Positions 38,725-52,570 of a stretch of 64,000 nucleotides of DNA are shown piece by piece (positions within the stretch are counted from its first letter, which is position 1; every line of letters starts with the position of its first letter). The stretch comes from Camelus ferus. Its lineage: Eukaryota. Position numbers and translations under genes: made by a program. Under the pieces are notes generated by a model that saw nothing but the letters and a program-made list of their open reading frames with translations, made no database searches and was not told the DNA's origin. The stretch covers positions 76,572,001 to 76,636,000 of the forward strand of contig NC_045696.1 of NCBI RefSeq assembly GCF_009834535.1. Direction: 5' to 3'.

Positions 38725-38799
38725 CATCAGCAACAGCAACTTGTGATTGGCGGTACTGGATATTCAGTTGTACATCCCCACATCAATGCACTGCCAATG
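38725..38799 (+). other. TBL1XR1: Non-coding 5' UTR exon (likely exon 2) of TBL1XR1 (transducin beta-like 1 X-linked receptor 1, NCoR/SMRT component)
   Basis: Seen: polypyrimidine tract ttttactttcctttttctcAG acceptor and ATG|GTAAGA donor around a 75-nt non-repeat segment. Recalled: CATCAGCAACAGCAACTTGTGATTGGCGG...CATCCCCACATCAATGCACTGCCAATG matches the human TBL1XR1 5' UTR upstream of the MSISSDEVNF start. The identification is from memory, not a database search. Confidence 0.82.
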
Positions 38800-41371
38800 G
38801 TAAGAATTCCTCCTACTCCGAATGTCAGTGTTTTAGTTGATCTTTTTATTATTCTCTTGTTCTTAAGAATCTGTTACGAATTTTGAAAGTTTTTTGCAAT
38901 TTGACAATACACATATGTGTTCCCAAGTGGAAGAAATGTTTTTAAAAGTATGTAATTTAAGGTACTTAAAATAATGTTTGATTATTTAGTGGTTTTTTTT
39001 TTTTAAAAAGCAAAACTGCTTCTTTGAGGATTTCCATTATCTTGGCTATGTTTTCAGAATGAAAAGTATTACTATGTAGATATAAAAAAAGAAAAGTATT
39101 ACTATATAATGATGATCTTGTATTTTAACACGTGGACTATATTTTGTGAATAAAATTTTCTTGTTAAACTTCAGTTATATAGCTCTTGTGTTTTTGTCCA
39201 TCTTATTAATAAAATTCTCCAATTGCCTTTATCCTAATATTTATAGTTAATGGGCAGTTAAATGGCTAGAATTCTACCCATTTTTAGTGAATAATTTTCA
39301 GGAGAACCATTGTTATTTGTTTAAAGAGATCATTTAGAATCCTTTCTCTGTGGAATGAGAATCTGTTGACTGTGTAATGCAGCAGAAAGACCACTGGGCT
39401 CTGGGAGTTGGGCTTTGCTCTCTTCGCTGAGTCTGTCTTGGATGACTGGCGAGTACTCTTGTAAAATTAGATGACAGAATTGGATTAAATTTCTAATGTT
39501 TATTCTGGCTGTATTCTAAGTGATCTCATCACTGTTAATTAGAATTCAGAATGATTCTCCCTTACAAAAAGTAATTCCTTATCTAAATGGTATGACTATT
39601 TGGGGGGTCAATATATAGAATGAGTTTTTACTTTTTGTTTTTTTTTAAGAATTAATTGCTTAAAGAATATTTTATATGACAAAATGTTTTATATAGTGCA
39701 TTATCAAAACTTTGAGTTATTTTTACTTAATCAAATTTTTATTTTAAACAGTAAATCAGGAAGCTATAGAAACTGATTAAAGCTCATAGAATTTGGTGGG
39801 AAATTGTAGATGAATCAGCCTGAAATAAAAAGTACTAAAAATTGACTAGAACCAGGATAAGTGAATGAGATAAGTTATCTGAGAAAATATTGCTAGGAAA
39901 TGATTTATATTAAAGATGGACTTGTCGGTATGTTGATAAGAGAAGGATTTCCTCTGCCTAAACTGTCTTTTTGAATTCTTACTGTGGGACAGAAAATGAC
40001 CTCACTTTCTCCAGCCTCCCTTTCCTCGTTCTTTTCCCTCTCTCTCTTCCCTACCCCTCCTCCTCTCAGCAGTTAACGGGGAATGTTGGGAAGAATAAGG
40101 ATTTTTGTTTTGGCTTTACCTAGCACAAAGGATGACGTATTTCTTCACTAATTTATGGAATACTTACTGGGTTCTCTGTGGTACTTGGGTGGCTCATTAG
40201 CCATCGTTAAATCTGCTGTTTCCTCTGGAGCACTGTAGAGTTTCACGTAAGCAGCTCCATGGTAAATCATTTTAGGCATTTGGAGTATCTGGCTTTTGTT
40301 TGAAGTTCACATCTAAAACCTGTGTGTTTTTCTTCGTTATTGGAGTCTTAGCTGTTTCTGGCACATTTCCTATGAGAAATCAGTTGCATGGGCCTGTTGG
40401 GTGTCAAGATGACAAGTGCGATGCCACTGGCTCTCCCTTCTAAGGGCCTGTCCTCAAGTGACTTTAAACCTGCACGTAGCCCGCGTGTTGTTTTGTTTTG
40501 TTTGGGGAGCAGCTCATAGATTGTATTTTAAATCAGATTATGTGAAACACATTTGCCAGTTTTGTTGAAAGTCCCTGAAATCATTTTTAAGTCATGATCC
40601 CAGAAATATACGTCTGTTTATGTTAGTGTTAATTCTATCTGTGTGTTAATGTGAAAGATGAAGGGCGAGATTACACAAATTCGATTACAGTCTGGCTGAG
40701 CACACCAAAGCCATTTCTACACATTCGTAAGGTGCTAGTAAATTTATAGATAAATTGGTTCAAAATGGTGGTTTTCCCATGAACATGAGAAACACCTTAG
40801 TGTTCAGGGTTAAACCTGTGCAGTGTAGTATCTCTCTCTCTCTCTCTTTTTTTTCCTCTGAAAATTCAGTAAAGGAATGCTTTGTGGGAACAGTTACCTC
40901 TACTACCCCTCCTCCCTCAGCTTTGTTTTTCATATAATAACCATGAGGGGTTCTTAATATTTTTTTCCCTCTTCACTTGCCTAGGTACAAGTTATTTTAA
41001 CTCTAGTTGCACCTGAAAGTCACCATGATTTACAGCTTTCCTATATAAATATTTCACAGTACTTTCTGTAATTATCTCTTTGCATTGATAGAACCTAGAT
41101 GTATATTGTTATTTTAACTTTTTATTGTGAAAAACTTTAAACAACACGCTAAGGTAGAGAGAATGGCATAATGAACTCATTGAGCTGCAATCATCACCAA
41201 TTTTGTTTCATTTAACCACTTTGTCCCCATATTATTGTGCTCCCCCCAGTTATTCTGGAGACAATAAATATATCACATGAGTACATTCATAAATATTTCA
41301 GTATGTAACTTTAGAAGATATGGATTATTTTAAAATATGTACAGTAATACCATTATCACACTTTAAATACT

Positions 41372-42220
41372 TCTTTATTTGAAAAGGAATTTAAATAAAC
41401 TAAAAATTACAGTAGGAATACATTACGTAAAATTTACCATCTTAACCATTTTAAAATGTGCGGTGAGTACACTAGAGTGTAGTACTAAATATGTTTATGT
41501 TTTTGTACAGCAGATCTTTAGAACTTTTTAATCTTGCAAAACTGAAGCTATACTCCTTTGAATGAAAATCTCCCATTTCTCCCTCTCCTCAGTCACTGGA
41601 AATGACGACTTTTTGTTTTCATGAGTTCGGCTTCTTTAGATGACTTATATAAGGGCAGTCATACATTATCTGTCTTTTGTGATTGGCTTATTTCACTTAG
41701 AGTAATGTTCTCTAGGTTCATCTGTGTTGTAGCTTATGACAGGATTTTCTACTTTTTAAAGGCTGAATAGTTTTCCATTGTATATGTATATACCATAACT
41801 TCTTTATTCATTTATCAGTGAACTTTTGGGTTGCTGCCATCTTTGGCTATTATGAATAATGCTGCAATAAACACGGGTGTGCCTATACCTCTTCGAAATC
41901 CTGCTTTCAGTTCTTTTGAATAAATAACCAGAAGTGAGATTACTGGGTCATACGATAGTTCTAGTTGTACTTTGTCGAGGAATCTCTGTACCGTTTCCTT
42001 TGCAGGGCTGCATCATTTTACATTCCCAGCAGTGGTGCACAGACAGGGTTCTGATTTATCTACATTCTTGCCAATAGTTGTTATTTTCTGTGAGGGTTTT
42101 TGACTGTGTGTGTGTGTGTGTGTGTGTGTGTGGTGGTGGTGGTGTGAGGTGTTTGGTTTGGCTTTGGGGTTTTTTGTTTTGTTTTTTGTATAGTGGGCCT
42201 TCTAATAATGGATATGAGGT
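41372..42220 (-). mobile_element. L1MB-like 3' end nested in the older L1, containing a (TG)n microsatellite
   Basis: aaaatttaccatcttaaccattttaa, gattggcttatttcacttag, ccagaagtgagattactgggtcata. Confidence 0.88.
42105..42145. repeat. Compound (TG)n(GGT)n microsatellite
   Basis: Read directly. Confidence 0.9.
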
Positions 42221-43434
42221 AATGACAGTAATTTCTTAATATTACCATATGTCCATTTAGTTTGAGGTTTTACAAGTTGACAACAAAATCCATACATTAC
42301 AATTGGTTGCTATGTTCAAGCTTATGCTTTTACTTCTTTATTATATTTTTCCCCTTTAATTTGTCTTGTAAGGCTTCTTCATTCTATATTAATTGCATCC
42401 TTATTGTAAAATGCCTCTCTTTCCCTTGAATTTTTTGTTAACTGATGGTTAGATTTAAAAGCTTATCTGATCCAGATTTTTTGCATTATTTTATGGGGGG
42501 TGGTTAGAGTGGCAGAATATTTTGTAGGTGGTGCTAAGTAATTCCATGAAGGGGCATATAATATATGCTTGTCTCTGTTTGTGATATTAGGTGACCATTA
42601 ATAATGATTTGGCTAGGTCATCTTTCGTAACTTACTATCTGTAATATTTCTATAAAGAGAAACTTCCCTCACCAGGTACTTGGTTACTCTTTGGCACAAT
42701 TTGCACAGGAAAGACATACCAAATTCTTGATTCTTTCCTTTATTTACCAGTAATACAGATTTTTCTACCAGTGGTATAGAATCAGGTCCATTTGTTCATT
42801 TTTAATATATAGGATTAAAATATCTTGATTTAATCTTGTTTTATAATTATATATAAAACTGATATTACTTCAAAGCAGTATATATTCTTCATTTCTTCTT
42901 TTATAGGTAACCAAGTTTAACTAGATTGCTATTTTAAAAAATACAAGCAAACCTATGTATATACAATAAATACTGAACATTTTGAAGGTCACCTTATAGT
43001 AGTGGATGGTGCTGGTTCTCATTCTTTTTAATAGCTGCATAGTAGTCCATTACATAGATGTAGCATAGCTGTTTCAAGAATGGAAGTTTTAGATGTCAGC
43101 ATAAATACACATGCAATTTTGAGGCAGTTTGCCAAAATTCTCTTCTGTGGGCATTATGTCATGTTATATTTCTTCCAGCGATGTCTGAAGGTACCTGTTT
43201 TCCCACTTGGCAAACAGTGTATATCAGAACTTTTGGGATATATATATATTTAATCTGATAGGTGAGAACTGGTATCTCGCTATAGTTCTCATTTGTATCT
43301 TTTTCTGTGCCTATCAACTTTGTTGACCAGTCCTTTTACGCCTCCTGTTTTCTCTTGTTCTAATTCTACAGTTGTCCCACAACTTCTAAATTTAACAAGA
43401 TTTTCCTACTAAGGATAGAACTATGCTGACCAGT

Positions 43435-43860
43435 TGTCTCAGGCTTGATTCCCATGGAATCAGACCCTTGATTATAATATTTTTATTTGAAAGGTGAGCC
43501 TAGGAAGTTCCTGTGGGGAAATAAGAAAAGGAAAATAAGGAGGCCAGTATAGGATGCCTTAAAGAGTAGGTTACTGTTTAGACAGTTGGGACTCATATCA
43601 TGTGGGGACTTTCGGGAGCCAGTACAGAGCATGCCTCTCGGTTGTTCCACTCCAGGGGCAAGAAAGCTGGGGTAATTTGTCCACTAACTCCATTCCTTAT
43701 GGGTGGAGATACGCTTTAGGAAGGGCAAGACATCAGCTCCTTAATACTACTGCCCTAACTGTGGCCAGAGATGACCCTGTTGCAGTAAGAAGTGGCCTAA
43801 TTCTTAAGGAAAATTGAGACATCAGAGGATGTGGGCTGGGCATTGTCAGCCTCTGTTGCA
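43435..43860 (-). mobile_element. ERVL solo LTR (LTR33/LTR16 family)
   Basis: tgtctcagg...cagaccc, ggggcaagaaagctggggta, terminal ggatgtgggctgggcattgtcagcctctgttgca. Confidence 0.72.
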
Positions 43861-46594
43861 TCGATGAATATTCTGGTTTACTGACAACTACATTTCTTAG
43901 TGTAAATTAGTAAATCATTGTTCTCATTCATAAATTGATTTTGTTAACATCTGTTCTCCTAGAACTTGATTATCCCAAGAGAACTGATAAAAGAAAATTA
44001 TGGCTTGCTAGACTAAGAATAAGACCCTAGAGCTGTAACCCTACCAAAAGGTAGCTCCCAAGAAGCAGTGTTGGTGTATATTGAGGAGGAGTGATCTGCT
44101 CCCTTTTGCTCTCCACTTCTCAAGCATGTCTTGTATAAATTAATTTGTCCTGTTCACTGTAGAAAAGTTCATTGTCATTATTTATCATCTGTCTTTCACT
44201 ATCCTGTGAGTTTTGAAGTGGTATTACTAAATGGGAAGAATAAATGGCATAGCCATATAGATAGAATTGTGTAAAGTATTTATTTTGGTTGAGAATTTAT
44301 GCCTCTGGAGAACTAATTTTCAACTCAATAGTAAGAGGGTTAACATTGAAAAACTCTCTTAGTCCTTAGGATTTTTTTCCTTTAATGGATGGAGCTGAAA
44401 ATAGCTACAGGCTGAATTTCTTCCAAAGGGGTCTATGCCTTTGCATATGTCTGAGCAAGTATCTCTTTGAAAATGTATGATTTATCTTCTGTTATAAACA
44501 AAACACTTGATAAACTCAAGAGCAGAGTACATACACAGTGGAGCTGCATTTAACTGAATGCATGTATCTTTACCATTGGATGTTTGTTATGGAATGTTAG
44601 GCTGATATAACTGTCTAAAATGGAATCTGACTGATTGTGGTATCATTTTGAAGGCAAATCAAGTTTGGATTCTTATATAGGTTTAATCTTTAGATTAAAT
44701 GTAATAGTAGAACTTGTTATGGTGAGTTGCTGTTACTATATAAAAATTGATCTTCATGCTTCAAATAATTTTGTAGTCTGTTTTACAAGTTCTTAGTATA
44801 GGCGCCATGCAACCAGAAGTAAAACATAGCTCTCTTTTTGTCTCAAGGAACCCTGAATGGAGTGAGAACAGGGGCTTATACCCCCACATAAGAAGGGTAT
44901 AATGTTAAAACAAAATGTGTCCTGTCATTGATTATTATCTGGCTTTATTTTTAAGTTTCTCCAACTTCTCAAACTGTCCATATTATGTTAAATTCAGTCT
45001 TAATAGGTTCTGACATGTTTAGGTTTGGGCTACCTGGTCTAATATTAGCCATATAGCCAAATATGAAAATTGAAACCATTGTGTATTTCATGTGTGTATT
45101 GAAGCCATTTGGAGTCTCTTCCCCCCCACCCCTTTTTTCCTTCCTTTCTTTCATCGATCCATCATCTTTCTAGTGGATAATAATGCTTTTTTTTAACTCA
45201 GTTTTTAATTTTTTGCTCCAAAGAGAAACAAACATACTGAAGGTTGGTATGTAAAAGACAGGAATTTCCAGATTTAACAGATACTGTTCCTTCATGTTCT
45301 TTTCTGTAAGCCAGTTAATTTTAGTCGTATCTTTTGATTTTTCTCCTGATTCATTGGAACAGAGTTCCTTCATAATGCGTATTTTTTTCTCCCACTCTGT
45401 GATTACTGTTTTCCTCTTGTACAGAGAATTTTTTTAAGTAAAGATGCTGATTTTCTTCCTTCAACATATACTCTCTCTATGTAAAGAAGCATCTGACATT
45501 CATTTCCAGTCAAATGTTTGATGGGGTCATTATTAGTCCATTTTAATCTGATATTTTAAAAAAATGATTTAGAGCATAAGGGTTTGTGAGTTTAGATTAC
45601 ATAGAAATATTTTAAATGTGTAGGAGATACCAAAAGACATTTTGACTAGTTTTTAATGATTTTTGATAAATGGAAAAGTAAGTAAAATCAGACCAAAAAT
45701 GAAAAAATGATTGAATGTTCTGAAATAGAGAGTAGGTATCTTATTTAAATGTCTCTGTCACTCTGTGAGGCTGTTAATATCTCTGTTTTATAGATGAGGA
45801 GCCATCATTCCTGTTTATAATCACCTAGATAATATATTGTAGTGTCTGAAGTCTGAACCAAGGCTTGTTTCCACAGTTCTGTTCCGTCTTCTGAGACTGT
45901 GTCTGTACTGCTAATGTGGGAAAGATAGGAACTGTGGCATGATGGAACTGGGGTCGGAGCCTGGGTTCTCACAGGGAGCAGCAGTTCTTGCCCTTTATTT
46001 TACATGAGGAAAAACGAAGGAATAGAATTGTTATAGAGTCCATTAAGAAACAAAAAGAAATTATATCCATTAAAAAATATCTAGAGGTTGTGGTATGATA
46101 AATTTACTTAAGCTTTTTGCTGTTTTCACTCAAAGGAGGGATTTTATATTTTGGCTAAAATTTTGGAATCTAAATAAGTCACAGCAAATCATCTGAATTG
46201 AACATTGTTTGCTTTATAAAGTCCTTTAATATATTCCTTACACACTTTCTCCCCCTAATTGTGGATAGGATAGAATAGACAGTGGCTTTTTATAAAAGTA
46301 AATACTTGTTAATAATGCATTTATTTTGAAATAATACGTAAGTCTAGCTTTTTTTCCCCTCTTTCATTGTAGTTTTTACCTGTCGTAGAGGTGGAAATTT
46401 ATTTGAAATTCAGACTTTCTCTGATTCGTCCTTCTGCCTGTAGCAGGGCAGGTCTCCTAACTGTCACCACCTGTCACTGGCGTACAGTTTCGTGTGTACA
46501 TCTATGAAAGGCAGATAGTTCATACCCTGGGCCTTTTCGTTATTGCCTTGCCATTGCCTCCCCTTACCTTGCCTTCCTCCTCCCTCCTCTATAC

Positions 46595-46910
46595 CTGCAG
46601 TGGGTAGTGTTGTGGCCACTAATGATATGTAGCTGTTGAGCACCTGAAATATGAGTAGTTATAACTGAAATGTGCTATATATATATAAAATGCATGGTGG
46701 ATTTTAAAGACAACTTAAAAAAGTAAAATCTCAATTTTATACCGATTTCAAGGAATGATAATATTTAGATATATTGAGTTAAATAAAAATACATTATTAG
46801 AATCAATTGCCCCCTTTTTAAATTTGTCATGTGGCTACTAGAAAATCAAAATTAACTACTTGACTAGCATTGGCACTGTGGCTTGCATTGCATTTCTGTT
46901 GGCAGTATTG
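46595..46910. mobile_element. hAT-Charlie MITE, MER33-like
   Basis: gccactaatgatatgtagctgttgagcacctgaaat, atgtggctactagaaaat; 8-bp TSD ctctatac (46587-46594) / ttctatac (46911-46918). Confidence 0.85.
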
Positions 46911-48589
46911 TTCTATACCTTGCTGGTCACAGCTCCCTGACCTAAAGATTCTCCCTGACTGCCAGAAACAAGTAATTAGAGCAGTGAAGAACTTTGATCT
47001 GGGGAAACTGGAATGACCCTCGGAGAGTTCCTAAAATTAGATCATGGAACTATATTACAAAGCTGAATAGTTGCCATTATTCATTGTTCACATGAGGACC
47101 TAAGGCCTAGAGAAGTGGTGCCACATCACCTACTTTGTCAGAGTTCAGCTCCAGACCTCCTCACTTAACAGTCCAGCATTCTTTTACATTCTGTGTCATC
47201 CAGATTGTATGGAATTTCAGTATTCTTCAGGGGTGAGTCATGAGTGCTTTCATAGTACCTTAGGAAGAGATAGAAAAAAGAATTCAAACATCTTGGCTAG
47301 AGATCTCTAAGGTTTTTTTTTTAACGCCCATTACAGTTAAGCGCTAAAGATACCAACTGTCAGGAAAACTTTCTTTTATTAACATTAGATTTTTACTCTC
47401 ATCGATTGATGTTAATCACTTATTTAGGAAGATCATTTATTCAGTATATACTCTTCTTTGTCTACACTTTGTTGTCAAATCATTTTTTCCCTAGATTTTT
47501 CATTCATAAGGTTTTTATACTTTCTACTTCTGAGAACTTCTGTCTTTCCTGTCATTTCAAGTGTGTACCTTTACGTCATGGAGGATGGATGAAATAGCTG
47601 CTTTAACATCTTTGTTTGATAATTCTCACATCTGGGTTACGTTGAGATTGGCATCTGTTATTGTCTTTTTCTTTGAGAATTATTCAAGATTTTCTTGATT
47701 CTCTATATGCTGAGTAATTTTTTATTGTATCCTCTCAGGAGAATGTTGATTTTTTTTTAATTAAAAAATTTTTATTTTATTTAGTTAAAGCAGGCAGTTA
47801 GCGTGGTTAGACTCTGAATGAAAGTTCTGTCTCTCTGTGGCATGGGCAGTGGTTCCACTGTGAGTTCAGTGTTGAGAGCCTTTGCTCTGCTGCTCTGGGT
47901 CTGCTCATGCGCAGCCCCAAGGTTAGCGTGGGGCCCTGACAGTGACTCACATCTTCAGTTCTCAGAACCTTTGCCTGTTTGGGTGTGTGCTGCATACACA
48001 TCTTGGGATCAGCTTGGGACTTGTATTGGTTCATACACAGCATTATAGGATCCAGCTCCCAGCGGCCTACTTTTCCTGGTTTAATTTGGTACATTTGATT
48101 AAAAGGGACTGGCTCAGTCAAGCTCTTGAGGGAAAAAAAAAAACTTGAAAAAGGAGGTATGTCAATTACAGTCTTGAATATGTATGTTCTTAAGAATAGG
48201 TGGCAGTTATGATTCAAAAAATGGAATAGTGGCTCCTGTTGGGTGAATCTTCCCACAAATAGTGACTATAGTTTCTGGACGGCACGTGAAAACACTTATG
48301 AGGACACTGTAAGAGCAAACAAAAACAAGTAGAAACTGGACTGGAGTGGTTTCTTAAAAAAGGGAATGGCCTTGGGTGTTTGGTGTTTTGCCTGAGGGCA
48401 GGCTCCTGTTGGCTTGTTCGCAATCTTAACTGGTTTGAGGAATCTGAGGACAGAGTTTAGAACTCCAACAGCCGCCATAGAGTAAGGAAGTCCAGCAGGA
48501 GAAAGAGGGAGGAAATCTCAGAAAGGAAAGAACCACAGAAGTAGAGTACCAAACTCTGTGTAGGAACTCTGCCAAATGTGGGGGCTGAC

Positions 48590-49300
48590 CCTAAACTGGA
48601 AACAGTTCAGAATAGATGGACAAACTGTGCTGCATTTGTGTAACAAAATACTACTGAGCAATAGAAAGGAGCTAGCAATTGGTACCTGAAGCAGTTTGAA
48701 TACCTGAAACATTATGCTGAGTGAATGTAGCCTTACATAAAACAGGACAAAATGTATAATCCCATTAATAAGATTACTAAAAAGGGGCACATTTTTATCT
48801 ATTGTGTATTGCGGTGGGGGAGGAAGAACTAGTTACTGTTGAGGGGAAAAGTAATTGACAGGGTTTAGAAATGGATGCGTGCGTGGGTGTTGGGAAAGGC
48901 ATTAAGTGGGAAGGGGCATGTGGGAACTTTCTAGGGTGATGGTAACATCCTGTGTCCTGTTAGGGATTTGGGTTACTTGAATATAAGCATCGGTCAAAAC
49001 TCATTGAATGGTACACCTTGTAAGTTTTCCTTGTATTTTGTGTAAATTTTTTCTTTAAAAGAAAAACCACATACTAAAAACCACATATTATAGTTAATGA
49101 TAGGCAATCTGAAGTAGATATGGGGGAAGTATACTGATGTCTGTAACTTCTTTTGAAAACTTGAAAAATGAAGGTTAATTAATAGATGTGGTAAAACAAA
49201 TAGAAGTATTAATTTTAAAGTCTTGGTGGCAGCTATGTGAATATTCTTTAAAATTCTTTCAATTTTTCTGAATGTTTGAAATTTTTATAATAAAACATTA
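48590..49300 (+). mobile_element. Ancient L1MC/ME 3' end (sense orientation)
   Basis: aaactggaaac, acattatgctgagtgaa, gggaactttctagggtgatggtaac, tttgaaatttttataataaaa. Confidence 0.72.
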
Positions 49301-52300
49301 TAAAAAATTCTAATAGCAGTATTTCTCTAAACCAGTTTCCTGCTGTTAATATGTTGTTTTTAGTGGCTTTCATAAAAATTGATATTTCTTTAAATTTGAA
49401 AATAGTTTAAAGGGTTTATCAGTGATGTTTTTCTCCCTGTGCCACTGAGCTCTGAACTGTTTAGGATGCAGAAAGATACAGAAATACAAATAAGCAATAA
49501 AAGTGGGAAGACCAAAAAGATTAGATTACTTCAAAGTGATATAGCAAAGCCTCACTAAGATGATTTATACTACATAAATTCTGAGGGAGTGGATACATAA
49601 TTAGGGCATGCTCAGAGTCAAGTATGATTAGTGAGAGATGGAACCCCTGGGGTTGCTTATTTTGAACAAGTTTTGAAAATGCTACTAGAGAAAATTATTA
49701 GATTCTCTTTCCATTCTTTTAATCGACCAGTTGTCATTTATGAAATATGGTTTAGGACACATTTTTTAGTGTGTTGCATTCCTCTTTCAAAAGAGGATTT
49801 TTATGCTAAAATGTTACCGAGATTGAATGATTAGCATTTGTTTTTAAAAATAATCTGTATTTTAGGAATATGGTAATGACATGTTAATGAGTTTAATAGA
49901 TTAAAAGGCAAATGATAATTTCAGAATTTTGTAGTTTTATAGTTTTGAAAGACAAGTGTAGTACTATTAAAGTATTAAAATGTATTTATAAAATATCAAA
50001 TATTAAGTATAGCCATTCTCAGCTACTAATTCATTTTTTATCCTCAGTTTACTCTTAGGAAATATATTTTGATAGGCTGAATTGTGTAGTATATATTTTT
50101 TATATATGTATATCAGAATAAGTTGTAAGGGTAAAGATGAGAGAAAAATGAAATATTAAATTATAAATTGTAATTATGAAATGACATTTTTAATAATTAA
50201 TTTGATCATCTCAGTTTCTTTTCATTGGCAGTTTTTCTTCTCCAATCCTGAAATGAAAACTTTCAACAAAATAAGCAATTAAATGTATTTTAGAAAGTAA
50301 AAAATTAATATAAAATTAATTGATACTATAATAACTTGTTATTTTCTGGTGACCCCAAAATAGTCAGATTTGGACTTACTTTTTTTTTTGTCTTTTTACC
50401 TTTCTAGTTGTATTGCAATAATAAAAAGAATGACCATTTCTGTGATTACTTTCTCAAAGCAAATGTGCTGCTATGTGGTACGCAGCTCTAGCCATTTGTA
50501 TTATTGTAAGATTTCTGTATTACTGATATCTAAATGAAGCATTTTGGTCTTTGAGAAAATCAGCTGTTCACTAATTTTTATAAGTGGTAGAAAGAATTAC
50601 AAATGTGTTTATGTTCTACAGATAGAAATTTAGTTGGGAACAATCCAGTGGGCTTCTGGGGACATACCAAATAGTTATTTAAACATTAAATTCTCCTTTA
50701 ACTACTGATCTTGGTACCAGAGCCTTCCTAAAGGAGAAGACTAGTTTACCCAATGCAGTAGTTTAGTCATTCAGTTCTGAATTTTTGAGGGAGCTGGTTT
50801 ACATCTGTATGATATTGGCTAAAAACAATACTGCTTACAGTATCTTAACATTAGTAATAGTATTTTTATTAGTAAATGAGCTTAACGTTAATTTGTGTCT
50901 CTGAAAAAGTCATGAGGGAAGTAAGGTAGTTGGAGAAAATTGCTGAAAACAGCTCATGCTCAAAATAGTGCCCTAAAATATGCTTTGCATTTCCATCCTG
51001 ATTTCTGTTGTTGCCATTAAAGTGTAAGGTTATTTTAATCAGCTCATTAGGATTGTAAATCAAAATACCCAGATTAAAATGGGAAATACATTTAATGTGA
51101 AGGAAAATTTAGTTTCACAGATTTTTCTGTCTGAGAGATACATGGATATCACAGCCATTTTAAGAATAGACAAGAACAAATTTCATTACCATCAAAACTG
51201 CTTTATTTTTGCCTTTGTTTTTACCAACCAGAGAGAAATTTTATTAGTGATTCTAAATAACATATCAGGTACCATATTGCCAAGGTGAAATGTTCAAATG
51301 AATAATTAACGGAATTGTGTATGCCAAGTTATTTTATAGTAGCTAGGTAATTTGCATAAACTTTAAAAACAAGTTTTTTTCCATTGAGTGTTTCATTGTA
51401 TCTTTACATCCTTAAAAAGATATAGATTACATCCTTTTAAATGGTAGATTTTTGATAGATTCTTTTATAGATTTGTAGAGACTTGTTTATTTTGATAGAT
51501 TGTAGAGGTAGGCTTATTGTTTCTCATATCCCTAGATTTTTAAAAGTCTGCCAGGTGAGAACAACAGCATCACCATAAACAAAAAATAAATTAATACGAA
51601 GTGTAACATCAGCTGATCTATGAACTTAAAGCGTAAAATTCAGTTTATTGGACCCTGGAGGATTAGCTAGGACCAAACAATTATTTGCCTATATTTAGGA
51701 AATTACAGTTAGAAAACCACCAGTTTTTGAGGCATCAGAACCTTTTTGTTATTTGTTACTGATAGAAGCTTGATTTCTTTCAATATAGAAAACTTGAACA
51801 CAAAGATGTTCTTCTTTTTTATATTTTTGTGTGTCACTGAAGGGGGTAGGGGAGTCATTTATTTCAGTTAGCCTTGTTGTCAGAATAAGTCAAGTTCTAT
51901 TTTGAGAGCTAACCAGAAAAAAAAGTATTATGCATAGGGAAAATATGTTCATTAACAAAGAAGGATATCACAGGCATAATTATTGTTTTATTGCATATTA
52001 ACATGAAATAATTGTTTAATCATTTTTCTTATCATTTTCCTCTTTATTCAGTTAGTTAATCGGGAACAGTTATGAGGCACTTTATCAACTGAAGTAATTA
52101 CTAGCCTAAAGGTTTTCCTGTACTATTTTCTAGATTTATTTGGGCTGGCTGGCTGGCCAAACAAAGGTGAATAGGTTCTTTTAGGTCATAATTTGGTCAC
52201 TCCTTACCAGTCTAGTTTAGATAATAATGCTGCTTACTAAGGCTGGTATATCATAAAAACCTTCCTAGTAGTCAGAAGTTGTAAAGTAATTGCTTTTTGC

Positions 52301-52419
52301 AGTTCAGAATTTGTGAAAATTGTTTTCATCCCTGTTCCACCTGCTGTTTGCAGTGTTAACAGTTAAGCTGCACTGTTAAAAAAAATCCTACATTTTATTG
52401 CTTCTTCCTAAATTCATGT

Positions 52420-52570
52420 TTAGAATCCCTCAATGTTGAAGCTAGAGGAGCCCTTTGAGATTATCTAATTCAGCACCCTCATTTTACAGATGAGGAAACT
52501 AAGGCCTTGGGCTAGAACAGAGGTCTCCTGACTCAGTCCAGGACTCTTTCTAGTACATCCTGCTGCCTGA
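52420..52570 (-). mobile_element. MIR SINE
   Basis: ccctcattttacagatgaggaaactaaggcc core. Confidence 0.8.

Larger units (their letters stand above)
41110..42760 (-). mobile_element. Ancient L1MC/ME 3' end interrupted by a younger L1
   Basis: ttttattgtgaaaaactttaaacaac...ccattatcacac stops near 41368 and resumes aatgacagtaatttcttaatat at about 42221. Confidence 0.7.

Noticed and set aside
42890..42912. AG|GTAACC recursive-site-like motif
   Set aside because: Resembles a common motif of old L1 3' ends; no independent support.
47807..48256. 149-aa minus-strand ORF
   Set aside because: No recognisable domain or splice context; overlaps probable old L1-derived sequence.
52356..52379. ttaacagt...actgttaa hairpin
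   Set aside because: An 8-bp AT-rich stem is expected by chance in 64 kb.
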